From positions 1,131,035-1,163,444 of the forward strand of contig WELB01000006.1 of NCBI GenBank assembly GCA_009602725.1: DNA of 32,410 nt, in the 5' to 3' direction. This stretch comes from Spirogloea muscicola. Lineage: Eukaryota. Below are positions 11,001 through 21,111 of this stretch, in pieces. Made by a program: the position numbers and the translations under genes. Numbering within the stretch: position 1 is the first letter of the stretch; each line of letters begins with the position of its first letter. The notes under the pieces were generated by a model that searched no databases, was not told the DNA's origin, and was given only the letters and a program-made list of their open reading frames with translations.

Positions 11001-13896
11001 TGGATGCCTCCAATTCAGCAAACTTCTTCTCGATCACCTCAACCTCACCATACTGCAGCATATCAAGGTCAGAAGCTTAATAGAGTCAGCAGCTCCCACA
11101 ACCACCGGTCCTCTACATAAGGTTTTGATACTGCAATGTTCTCCAGCCCAGTATTCAAGGTCAGTTCTTCTCTTCCCTTATGCTAAATTGAGCATGCACA
11201 AGGGAAGGGCATTTGGTGCAGTCATCATGTCACCAGAATGAAGGTGACTTGTATCATCCTAACAAGAATTTTAAGTGGCTTGGGCCAGCTTACCTTCTTC
11301 GCTTGCAAAGTGTACAAGATCAACAACCAGTCATCGTGTGGCCCAAGGTGAATGGCTGCAAGTAAGTCCTGCTCTGTAGGTTGAAACAACGACACAAGCC
11401 AAACATTTATTTTCTTCAGCAATCTATACTTGTATATGCAGACATGGATATGCCTTGAGATGTTTGAGCTGCGCCTTAAGGAATCAAGTCGCACATTCTT
11501 TGTGCGACCAACCTGCCCCCCGCCCCCATCTCAGCCTGTTGTAATTGCTCAGATTTGAATAACATCCTCACTGCCTGACAGCAGCTAGGAATTTGATGGT
11601 ACAGAAAATCATCATAGCATTTAAAGCAGCCGTCCTGCCATCTCAGCGCTGTCTAAAGAGCTCCAAGAGGGGATGCCCAGTAGCCCTCGGCTGTCAGACT
11701 ATCCACGTCAATGACAATCAACTTATTGTCACAATTTATTTGTCACAAGGCTCCAGTTAACCTAAACCCTAAACCCTAGACCCTAAACCACTATCCTAAC
11801 TGCATATGTTGACTGATAAAGTAGCAAAGTCAGACAGGAGTTTTCTAGGCTCACGAAGCATGTCGCTCATTAGCAGCCAACTCTTGTTGGCCTCGGTGCC
11901 CAGTGCATGTCATCATTCTTATGTACAGCTTGACGAAGCACCTCTCCGATCTTAAAAACCCCTCCCACCTTCACCACCCCACAACAACCTTGCTATGTTT
12001 TGGCCCCTGATCCTCACAATGTCTGCGCCAAAAGTACAAGCATCTGAACAACCCAAAATCAAATCAAGATTCTTCTTCTTCAGAGAAATCACCTTCTTTC
12101 CCAGTTAGCATGTGGTTGCTGAAGAGCTGATCCAGGGCCTGCAAGGTCATGGCATCGTAGGACAAGGAAATGAGGGCTTCGCTGTGTGGAACAAGATGGC
12201 CTGGCACAATGTGTTACACAAGCTCCACAGTGGGGGGTATGCTTGCAAGGCAGGCAGGAAAAACAAGCAGCAGACATACTGTGGCCCTTTCACAGTGAAG
12301 CGTTTTCTTGACAAGTATTCTGGAGCAGACAACGAGCACAATATACAGGTCTATGTGATAACCTCAAAGCAGTAGGGATCACGTTGTATTGCGCTTCTGT
12401 ACCTGTCATTTTCATGTGAACCCGTCTATTAGCCCATCTTAGGCGCAACTGTGTAGCCTGGTAGTAGCTATTACTTTGCTTTTCAGCTACTCTTTTTCCT
12501 GTGCTAAGAGTGGACTTGCTCAGCATGGCTGCAGCTGATCAGGAACCAAGGTGTCAGAGTTAAGAGAGGACTTGTTGAGCATGACTCCTGCTAAGCAAGG
12601 AACCAAGGCGTCAGCAACAGGGACAGAGCTCTGCTAGGTTGTCTGAAGACCTACTGTTTGATGGAACCACTGACTATGGAGAGCTTTGGTCACTAACCAG
12701 TACGTGGCCTTAGCCCGGTTGTCCAATGCATGATATGCATTTCCACGGAGGAGGCAAGCTGCAGCAACAATCTGCAGTCACTGAGAAGCAATACTGGAGA
12801 TCAATGAGGAATTGCTGGGGATCTATGGACATACTAGACAACGACCACAAATGGTCAACAACCTCTGATGGTTGGAAATCTATTAAGCTCAGTGTGTCTC
12901 AGTTTGTGCAAACACTTGTCTAAGACTGTATAGCTATAGAAGCTGCCTGACCAATCCATAACATGTTTAACAGGAGTCGGTGAACAGTCGCTAACAATCA
13001 CCAAACAGAATACAGGCTTTACTGTGAGTCACAGGCAGACATAGTGCAGCTTTCCTCCACAAAATCTTCTGGACTTTGAGCGCTTGGGCGTACATCTATC
13101 TCACGGCCAGCTCGACCATTGTCGTGCAGGGCCCCGTTGTCCTCCTCTACATCCATATCCTCCCCCAGCATAGCCAGGCACTCCTCCCAGTCCTTAGAAG
13201 CCTCCTGAAGCTCACCAAGTATCACTCTGTCAGTAGAAGCCGGCACTGCAACACCACTGCCAGTGCCTGCAGTCCATGACGCGTGAGCATCTCCGGACAG
13301 AGCACACACATTCATGAGCAGTTGCTGAGAAGCTGTGAAGCTGGCATTGACAGTAGAAGACAGTCCTCCCTTGGCCGCAAAGTCTGAAGAAGTTGGCATG
13401 CCATCTTTCTCATTACAGTACGTGCCGCTTGATCAGCTGGACAAGCAAGCACATCCGGCCATACAGTAGCTCCTACTTCAAGAAGCTAGCTAGAACTTTG
13501 ACTCGAGCTGGAGATCACGGCTGCAAAGGACTATTGCTGCAGGTCTTGTCTGCACATTCTACTGGCAGCACATGCACCTCGCTGCATGGCAGCTCAGGTC
13601 ACCCGAGGCGGGCGCGAGTGGCGCCGGCATACCAGGCATTTGGCCGCGAGGTAGCGGAAGCGGATGTTGGCGCGCAGGAGGCCCCGCTGGCGGAGCAGCT
13701 GCAGCGCGCGGCGGTGGTGCCCGCCGGCGTGGTGCGCCTCGGCCAGCAGGTAGACGTGCTCGGGCGCGCCGCCGGACAGCGTCACGGCCTTGTCGGCGAA
13801 GAAGGCCGCCGAGGCCGGGAGGTGCTTGGCCAGGCAGTCCCGCGCCAGCTCCGGGAGCCTCTCGAGCGCCCGCGCCCGCGCCGCAGGGCCTACCAT
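8073..13896 (-). CDS. APC6: Anaphase-promoting complex subunit 6 (CDC16/Cut9), TPR protein, 16 exons, about 555 aa
   Basis: Exons 13896-13633, 13204-13094, 12771-12698, 12402-12363, 12138-12093, 11373-11294, 11052-10859, 10731-10606, 10240-10166, 9913-9788, 9605-9536, 9369-9287, 9121-9008, 8742-8643, 8489-8454, 8201-8073; all phases are consistent. Motifs: SAAFFADKAV, RFRYLAAKCL, SWFGVACYYYC, FAPAWLGFGNAYAAQDESDQAMAAYRTAARLFAGCHLP, DPLVHNELGV. Confidence 0.93.
8490..8642 (-). other. Probable non-canonical GC-AG intron in APC6 (153 nt)
   Basis: The expected junction ...THHLQ|GNLTQAIDYYHR needs donor CAG|gcctgt and acceptor gtgcag|GGT. Confidence 0.6.
11759..11789 (+). repeat. Interstitial plant-type telomeric repeats, about 4 x CCCTAAA, inside an APC6 intron
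   Basis: aacctaaaccctaaaccctagaccctaaacc. Confidence 0.8.
12505..12614. repeat. Degenerate ~56-bp tandem duplication in an APC6 intron
   Basis: taagagtggacttgctcagcatg...aggaaccaaggtgtcag versus taagagaggacttgttgagcatg...aggaaccaaggcgtcag. Confidence 0.7.
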
Positions 13897-13917
13897 CACA
13901 GCTCCGCTTGTCCTCGT

Positions 13918-13956
<39 letters not shown>
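13918..13956. repeat. (CCG)13 microsatellite in the APC6 5' leader
   Basis: Direct read; about 20 nt upstream of the APC6 ATG (13896). Confidence 0.95.
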
Positions 13957-13957
<1 letters not shown>

Positions 13958-14240
13958 AAGCGGCGCGGTTGCCGCGAAGGCCGCCGGGACTGCGGCGGCA
14001 GGGGCAGTGTTCAAATGAGCGGACCATAACGGCAGCGTGTCTACCGCTAAGAGCTGCGTAAGAGCGCCCGGCAGCCCGTGTCGTTACCTCTTCGCTCTTT
14101 CCATCTGCAGCCTCTTGCTACCTTGTGGCGACGGTAACTTGTGCGCAGCTTCTCGACAAGGCTCTCGTCAACCCGCGCAGCCTCGGCGGCGCGGCCTTGC
14201 CGTCTCGCAGCTGGCGCCTGCTCGCCGATCGCCAGAGATA

Positions 14241-14251
14241 GCGGCGGCGGA

Positions 14252-14292
<41 letters not shown>
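14241..14292. repeat. (GGC)n microsatellite, about 17 units, in the MPDU1 5' leader
   Basis: Direct read, with one GGA interruption. Confidence 0.95.
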
Positions 14293-14439
14293 GAAAGGCG
14301 TATCACTGACGGCGCAGGGGGAGGAGGGCGAGCAGAGGCCAGAGCGCAGGCGCCGCGACGGCTGAGGGCGAGCGGGGCGGCGCGCGGCGCAGTCAGGAGG
14401 CCGCGGAGACGGCGGCGCGGGGCGCGGGGCCTGGCCGCC

Positions 14440-16703
14440 ATGGGGCTCGTTGACGGCGAGCTCGTCGTGGTTGGGATGAACTTCACCTGCCTGCTCCAGC
14501 CGCTGATGCGCCTCGAAGTGCCCGACCGCGACTGCACCTTCACGCTCCTGGCCAAGGCGCTGGGCTACGCCATCGTCCTGGCGTCCACCATCGTCAAGGC
14601 CCCCCAGGTAATGATTGCCCCGATCTGGCTGCAGCCGTCGGTCAGCACCTTCAGAGCGCGAACACCATTCTTTCATGGGGCAATCCCTCATTGCCCCATC
14701 TAACATTGCCTCTGCCACTGAGCCAGCGACCTGCGAGGCCCTTTGTAACGTTAAAGTCTGCTTAGAAGGGCTCGCTACTTCTGTCCTCATTATCGTGCCT
14801 GCTCCGGGCTTTTATATCCAGATATACATCATCCTGAAGAACAAGAGCGTGCAAGGCCTGAGCGCTGCATCCTTTGAGATGGAGCTGGTCGGCTTCACCA
14901 TCGCGCTCTCCTACTGCTTCTTCAAGAAGATCCCGTTCAGCGCCTACGGCGAGCTCTTGCCGCTCCTCGTCCAAGGTGCAACAACGTATGAGCTTTCGCT
15001 CCAGTTAGATGCTCAAATTCCAAATCTCCTACAGCTCCAAGTGTCTCTTTTTGCGACAGAATGCTGATTACTCTGTAGCCAACAGGCTTTGGGATGAGCC
15101 TGCCCCCATCTGAGGGGTGATCAGGTGTCCTTGCAAGTGCTGTGAAGCTGACGCAGGCCACTGATTGCAGGACTGATACTTGTCGGCCTGGTTTACCGCT
15201 TCTCGCCAAAGCTCGGCCCTCTCACCTGGCTGAAGGCTGGGGTGTGAGTTCTCTAATCAGATTACCAAGCCATCCAGGCCTGAAAGGAGAGCAGTTACGC
15301 ACCCAGCAGCTCAATGAGTTGAGCTGAGAGTAGCCAACGCTTTCTAGCTACTATCACTCATGCTCCTCTTCACCGCAGTCTGATGTTGACTATCCTCTGT
15401 TGTTGCGGAAGCTGACACTCATGAAGGCAAGCTCAGGTACTGTGCTGCAGCGCCCCCACTGCTCTCAGGCAATGTCTCGGAGAAGGTTATTGACACCCTA
15501 TTTGTAAGCTCCACTTATCTGTGCAAGGCCTTGCTGCTCTTCAGCATTGCCCGTGAGTATTTTGTGCAAGCTGTGGGTTGTGCACTACAGCCCACTTACC
15601 AGCTTTGTGAAGTATCATTTTGTCAGACAAACACCAAGACAATCTACTAAAGTGATCCACTCTGACATGACATCCGCAGGCCTGTCAGCATGCCATTTTC
15701 TTCTTGTCCCGCTTCCCTCAAATCATTGAAAATTTTAGGGTATGTCAAAAATTTGCTTCTCAATATCCTACCAGCCGTTCGTGTTGCTTAGCAGTCTCTA
15801 AGTAATATTGTTGAGGCATCCATGCACCCATGTTCTCTGTCAGCTCTCTCCAAATTAGAACAGCATACTTACTGCAATGACAAGGTCCAATCTCTACACA
15901 TCATTTTAGAATGCGGCTCTTTGATGTCCTTGTACTCACGCCTGCGCTGACTTTGCTGTGTAGAATAAGAGCACAGGCCAATTGAGCTTTGCTACAAGCT
16001 TTATGAATCTTGCTGGTTGCCTAGGTGAGTGCTGGCTTTTTCTGGTGCGCTTGTCTCCTTCATGGAAAATGTTGTTGATGTCAATGAAGAGGAGATGTCA
16101 TTGCAAATCAAGTGTCCCTTTCAGCCGTATGATATGCTGGCATGAATGTCTGGCATCCAAATATTCATGCAGCTTTTTCCTGTCTTCTCATCCTATCAGT
16201 GTATGGTGCACTGGCTGTGCTGGCATATGCCATAGATTGCACTGCAATCTGCAATGCCCCGATGACAATCGTAACATCTGACTTATCCTACCTGCTCTTT
16301 CTGTTTATAACGTGCAGTGCGCCTGTTCACAAGCATTCAAGAGAGGGCCCCGGCAACCAGTATCCTCTCTCTTTCTTAATTTCTCCTTCACAGCTCTAAG
16401 GCCCACATCATCAGAAGCTGCAAGAGTTAAGCTTCCAGTTCTAGTTTGTAATTGATAACATGTCATTTAGTGAGTACTTCACGCTCAACAGGTTCGTACA
16501 CTTAGGTGCAGAAGCAATTTGGCTTGAGCAAAGCTTCTACTTCCTTCAGTGGGACGTGGGGGCACATTATCCTTGACTGATGCGCAGTGGTGCTGGGAGC
16601 TTGCTTGGGCATCATCACCCATGGGACTGTTTTCTCCCAGATTCTCATGTACAGCAAGCCGGCACCCAAGGTGGACAAAGTGGGTGACAAGAAGAGCGAG
16701 TGA
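14440..16703 (+). CDS. MPDU1: Mannose-P-dolichol utilization defect 1 homologue (PQ-loop ER membrane protein), 8 exons, 246 aa
   Basis: Exons 14440-14607, 14822-14975, 15171-15243, 15437-15503, 15680-15739, 15964-16024, 16318-16359, 16588-16703. Two PQ-loops (LGYAIVLASTIVKAPQ|IYIILKNKSVQGLS and SRFPQIIENFR|NKSTGQLS), VRLFTSIQE, and a C-terminal KKSE ER-retrieval motif. Confidence 0.92.
16360..16587 (+). other. U12-type (minor spliceosome) GT-AG intron, last intron of MPDU1
   Basis: 5' site GTATCCTCT (U12 consensus RTATCCTT). Branch site TCCTTGAC at 16570-16577 lies about 10 nt before CAG, with no polypyrimidine tract. Splicing keeps the frame. Confidence 0.82.
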
Positions 16704-17366
16704 TTCTTGACCTTTACCCTTGGCAGTGTCCTCGGCTGGATACGATATTGCTGCTGCCCAGCGGGAGTGTTTAAGCACTTGAGCTTCAGTGTGTGATAGA
16801 GCTGCTTAGCTCATAGCATGCAAGCTCTTATGACCTAACTCCTTGATTGCAATGAATTTATATTCAAAAAAGGGGAGGGGGGGGGGAAAGTGACTTGTGC
16901 CTCGTGCAAGTAAGATATTCCAGCTATAGCAGGGCTGGAGTGTTTGCGTGAACCTCTTATTAATTTCTTTGTTCTTATACCAAGCCTGTACTGGCTTGCT
17001 TTTGGCCTCCCTCTCATTACATGTGCATTGCGCGCTTTTCTTGTGTGGCTCCATGGCGATACGTGGCAAAGTGACTAAGCTTCTGGGGTATGCAAAGAGG
17101 CAACCTCAGTGGATCACAATGGGAAAGACTGCTTTGTTTATTCCTGAACCGCGGAATCAAATTTGTCAAGTGGTCTTTCTAGCAGAGCGGCAGGTCATTG
17201 CAAGCTGGGCCTGAGGAAGCAGAGGTGTAGCATCTGCACATTGAGCGTGGGAAATGACTTCTATCCTGTTGCAAGCGTGTAAATAAGGGGAGTGGCGGAG
17301 GCGGGGAGAAAGAGGGAGAGAGGAAAGAGTGGTGAATGGGTGAGCCCGGGTGGGGGACTTGCTACA

Positions 17367-18082
17367 GAGAGAAGGCGCGCGGTGTGCATGAAATGAAAGG
17401 GTGGCCAATTGAAGCCAATACACTATTCAGGAAAAAGCTAGTGCAAAGTGTGGGGCTACACTTATTGAAGCACTGTGCTCAGGTGGCGAAGGTAACAGCG
17501 TGAAGGTAAAAACCATGAATGAGCGCATACAGATCCGACAGGCTAACTTGGGGAGCTGGAGCGCCTCCATGGAAGCCAGTGGCCTGACTTAGAGTGCGCC
17601 CAGCACGCTGATGAATAGCCAGAACTTGGAAGCGCTGTAAGCTAAGCACTAGTCGCATTCGATAACATGCAATTAAATTGGAGAGGAAGGGGAGGCATGG
17701 ATGAGGTGGTGCACGGGGGGTAAGGTGGGTGAAAGAGAAAGTAAAAAGTTCTATCAACAAAAGGCAATGGCCGTGAGAGGACAGCCCAGTGAAAGTGGCT
17801 CTTCCAAAGGGTGGCGAGGGCTTCAAAGCAAGCCCAAAGCAATGGACGAGGTCCGAATGGGCCGTAAAGCGCTGAAGGGAATGAACAAGGTGAGGAGTGG
17901 TGCTGTAAGAATGAGTTCCAACAACTGATCGAGGTTGGTTGAAAAGAGAGGGAGAGTGAAAGGAGTCGGCTGATACTAAAAACGATGGCATGAGCGGCCA
18001 CGTACAAGCTGAAGCTGACTAACCAACTGACTGCGCAACGTCCAAACAACGTGTAGAGGCCACCAGAGGAGGCAAGGAACAT
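17367..18082 (-). mobile_element. Degenerate 3' fragment of a probable non-LTR retroelement (RLE/CRE-like ORF C-terminus plus 3' tail motif)
   Basis: Frameshifted ORF end ...YRMRLVLSLQRFQVLAIHQRAGRTL...QVSLSDLYALIHGF is homologous to the ORF end at 18629-18850. It is followed on the minus strand by the shared motif at 17367-17423. Confidence 0.5.
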
Positions 18083-18243
18083 CCAAATCGGCTCGCAGAG
18101 CCAATGGCAAGTTTGTTCAGCAATTTACTCTGGATGCAGAGGCTAGACTTCGGGCTCCTGTGAAGAAACACAATATGTGCAGTGTGTTGAAGAACAGCTG
18201 CCAGCACTTCAGCTTCAGCATGCGAGGGATCTCTACACCTGAA

Positions 18244-18292
18244 GAGAAGGCGCGCGGTGCGCATGAATTTGAAAGGGAGGCCAAATCTAGCC
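18244..18292 (-). repeat. Copy of the ~55-bp dispersed motif GAGAAGGCGCGCGG..GCATGAAATGAAAGGG.GGCCAA
   Basis: Similar sequence at 17367-17423, 18456-18511 and 26963-27027. Confidence 0.85.
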
Positions 18293-18455
18293 TTACAAAT
18301 GTTCTCTTAACTGGGTAATGAGCTGGCTAAGGGGCACACTAAATATCCCCGAGTGGGCACATGCACAGCTGACAAGGTATACTGAGGCGCCAAACCACCA
18401 CCACGGAAGCTCATTCGCCTGGGCTAATGGGCTGAGGGGAGAAAGACGGTTCTAG

Positions 18456-18850
18456 GAGAGAAGGCGCGCGGGGCGCATGAAATGAAAGGGAGGCCAATTC
18501 AAGCCAATACATTGTTCCGGCATTGTCCAGGAGAATTTTCGTGTATTTGAAACAAACGAAGGCCAAATGGCCGAGAACAGAAGGCAAGCACATCAAAGAC
18601 CTACATACTCCACAGCAAATTGACCCGCTCAGTAACCACGGGTCAAAACATAAAGGTCGCTAATCGATGCCTGAATACTAGATGTCAGATACGAAGCCCT
18701 TCTGCCACCAACTAGAGCTCGGCCAGCTTTCTGGTGCAAGGCATTAGCCTGAGCACGCTGCAAACAGGTCGAAACACGTCGTCGCAAGAAAGACAGATAT
18801 GCAGCTGGCAAGCCCAACTCAGCCGGAAACACATCTGCACGACGTGTGTA
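18456..18850 (-). mobile_element. Second 5'-truncated copy of the same retroelement-like family
   Basis: YLSFLRRRVSTCLQRAQANALHQKAGRAL...QASISDLYVLTRGY* (stop at 18629), followed by the shared motif at 18456-18511. Confidence 0.5.
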
Positions 18851-19059
18851 GCCTAGGAGAGGGGCGATGGCAGGGAGAGGCCAGCCCAGAAAAAGAAATT
18901 GGCGGGGAGCTGCGGCAGCGAGAGAGTGACAACAAGGGGCGTCCGACCAGGTTGGGTGCTCGCGCTCGAGCACTCGGCGCGGGGCAAGGTGCCATGCGCC
19001 ACCAAGGAAGGCCGACGGGCCCACGAGACGGCAGTGGCGGCCGCGGCGGCGGCAGTCCA

Positions 19060-20997
19060 ATGGACGGAGCGGTGCAGCAGAGCCAGAGGCTGGACCAAGT
19101 GGGCTGGCCGCCGGACGACGCCGCCGTGGCCGAGCTCCTGGCCGAGGCCGAGGACGCCGCCCTCTTGCGCCTGGCCGCGGGCTCCCACCGCACGGCAGCG
19201 CCGCCGCAACGAGGATTCCCGGTTGACGGCAGCCTCGACGCCGACGCGAGGCTGGCGCGACTGCAGGCGCCGAGAGCCGCTGCTGCTCGCTACGAGCCCG
19301 CCGCTGAGGAGGACGGCCTCGACGCGGAGCTCGCAGCCAGGCTCGCGGCCCTCAAGGCTCCGCCGCCGTCGGTCGCTAGCGGCGGTGGGACTGACGAGCG
19401 CCCAGCAAGGAGCGCTGGGGGGGCGCCAGCAAGCATGGCGGCGCGAGCTGCCAACGAAGACGCCAGCCATGGCGATCGCTCAGATAGTGGGGGCCCAAGT
19501 GCTCGAAGCTTGGGCTCAGCACGAGCTCCGCTGGCGGCGGCGCCCAGTCGGCCTGCCGCTGCCACCGGCAGTCGCAGGGAAGCGCAGCCTGGGCGGCCGA
19601 CGGCAGGCTCGGCTGGGCTCGCTGATGAGCGGCGGACGACAGCGGCGGCCTCGAAGACAGCAGAGGAGGCGGCTGACGAGGAGGACCTCTACGCTGCGGA
19701 GCTGAGGGCACAGCTCACGGCCGGCAGAGCTCGCAGCAGCGGCAGTGCGCCACTCCCTCAGCGGAGCTTCTTCGCCCGGCTGCTGGGGAAGCCGACTGGC
19801 GTCCGGGCCGGTGCAGCTGCCCCAAGCGAGCGGGCCGAGGGCCCCACTGGTGAGCCTCAGACGATGGACACCCAGGTGCCGCTTTTGGTAGCGACTGTAT
19901 AGTCGCGGGAGCTGGAGCCACCGTCAAGAGGAGCTCACGCTGCCATCAAAGAGCCGTCCTTGCGGATAGCATGCACGCTGGCAGAGGTCGCCTAAGCAGG
20001 CAAAGGGTGCTCAACGCCCGCGATGCTTGTTCTCTGCAAAGGGCCTGCTGTGTGCTATGTATACCAGAAGCACAATATGGAGGCCCCTACGTAAGAGCCC
20101 TGCATGTCTTGTCTGAACCAGCTGAGGAGCCGACGGAAGCGGACGTGGATGCGCTACTGGCTTCGATGAAGGACGAGCTTGCGCTCGAGCGGTCGGGCTC
20201 CAGGACCTCTGGTGTCTCGCAGTCAGGTCGGCGGCAATGCTAATCTGGAGCTCCACAATGACACTTGTACACATGCGTCATGCTCCTCTAAGGAGAGGAT
20301 GCTCCTATATGTAGGGAGCAGCAGAGCTAACAGGCTGACGCTGGGCTCGCGTAACATCGTGCTGTCCCAGGCTATGCACCTGAAGAGGACGAACACCTAT
20401 CAGGTGCGCCTCAGACCCTGTCCTGCCTCTCCTGCCTTAGGGCTTAGGGCTGAAGACTGGAGCAGTCTAGGTCAGTCCAACATGTGCTTTTGAGCAATCT
20501 CCGGATGGACCTGTCATGCTGGCCATCTGTGCCTGGCAGCCGCAGAAGCTGAAAGCAGCTTGCACTTGACCTTGCTTGAGGGACTTGCGTGCTTGATGTG
20601 CTTCTTCTGCAGCCATCTCTCGCTAGTCTTCACCCTGACTGTCAGAGTGATTGCTAGGCCGCTGCTTTCCTCCCCATCTGCAAGTTGAGCTGTGTACCTC
20701 TGTAACTCCAGCGATGACCACTGCTACCCAACTCCAGGCTCGGACGACCTCAGCGACGGCTTCCTGGAGTGTCAGGCTTCCTTGGCAATGGAGCAGCTCG
20801 CGGATGCCGCGAGGCTGGAGGAAGCGGAGATGCAAGCAGGAGAATATCTGCAAGATGTGGGATCATCTGGCCAAGGTGAGGGGTTAATGCGACAGAACAA
20901 TGGGGATACTGACGACAAGGATGATGGATATTTGCCAGATGAGGATTCTACACACCATCTCAAGCAGCCCAAAGGAGAGATGGCAATGAAAAAGTAG
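19060..20997 (+). CDS. Uncharacterised ~395-aa low-complexity protein with MIM1-like motifs
   Basis: Predicted exons 19060-19849, 20122-20226, 20371-20403, 20738-20997 (all phase-1 GT-AG introns). Helical blocks: AVAELLAEAEDAALLRLAAGSH, DAELAARLAALK, DVDALLASMKDELALE, MEQLADAARLE. Confidence 0.7.
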
Positions 20998-21111
20998 ATT
21001 CATCTGACCTTTGCATTGATGATTTGACCTGTAAATTGTAGGTAGTTCGTGCTCATTTCCTGAAATGCACTTGTGGTACAACTTACAATCTCACATAGAA
21101 TTGTGCGATTG

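Noticed and set aside
18799..19059. N-terminal extension of the 367-aa ORF from ATG 18799
   Set aside because: It starts within the antisense retroelement-like remnant; ATG 19060 fits better with the start of the protein-like sequence. Not proven.
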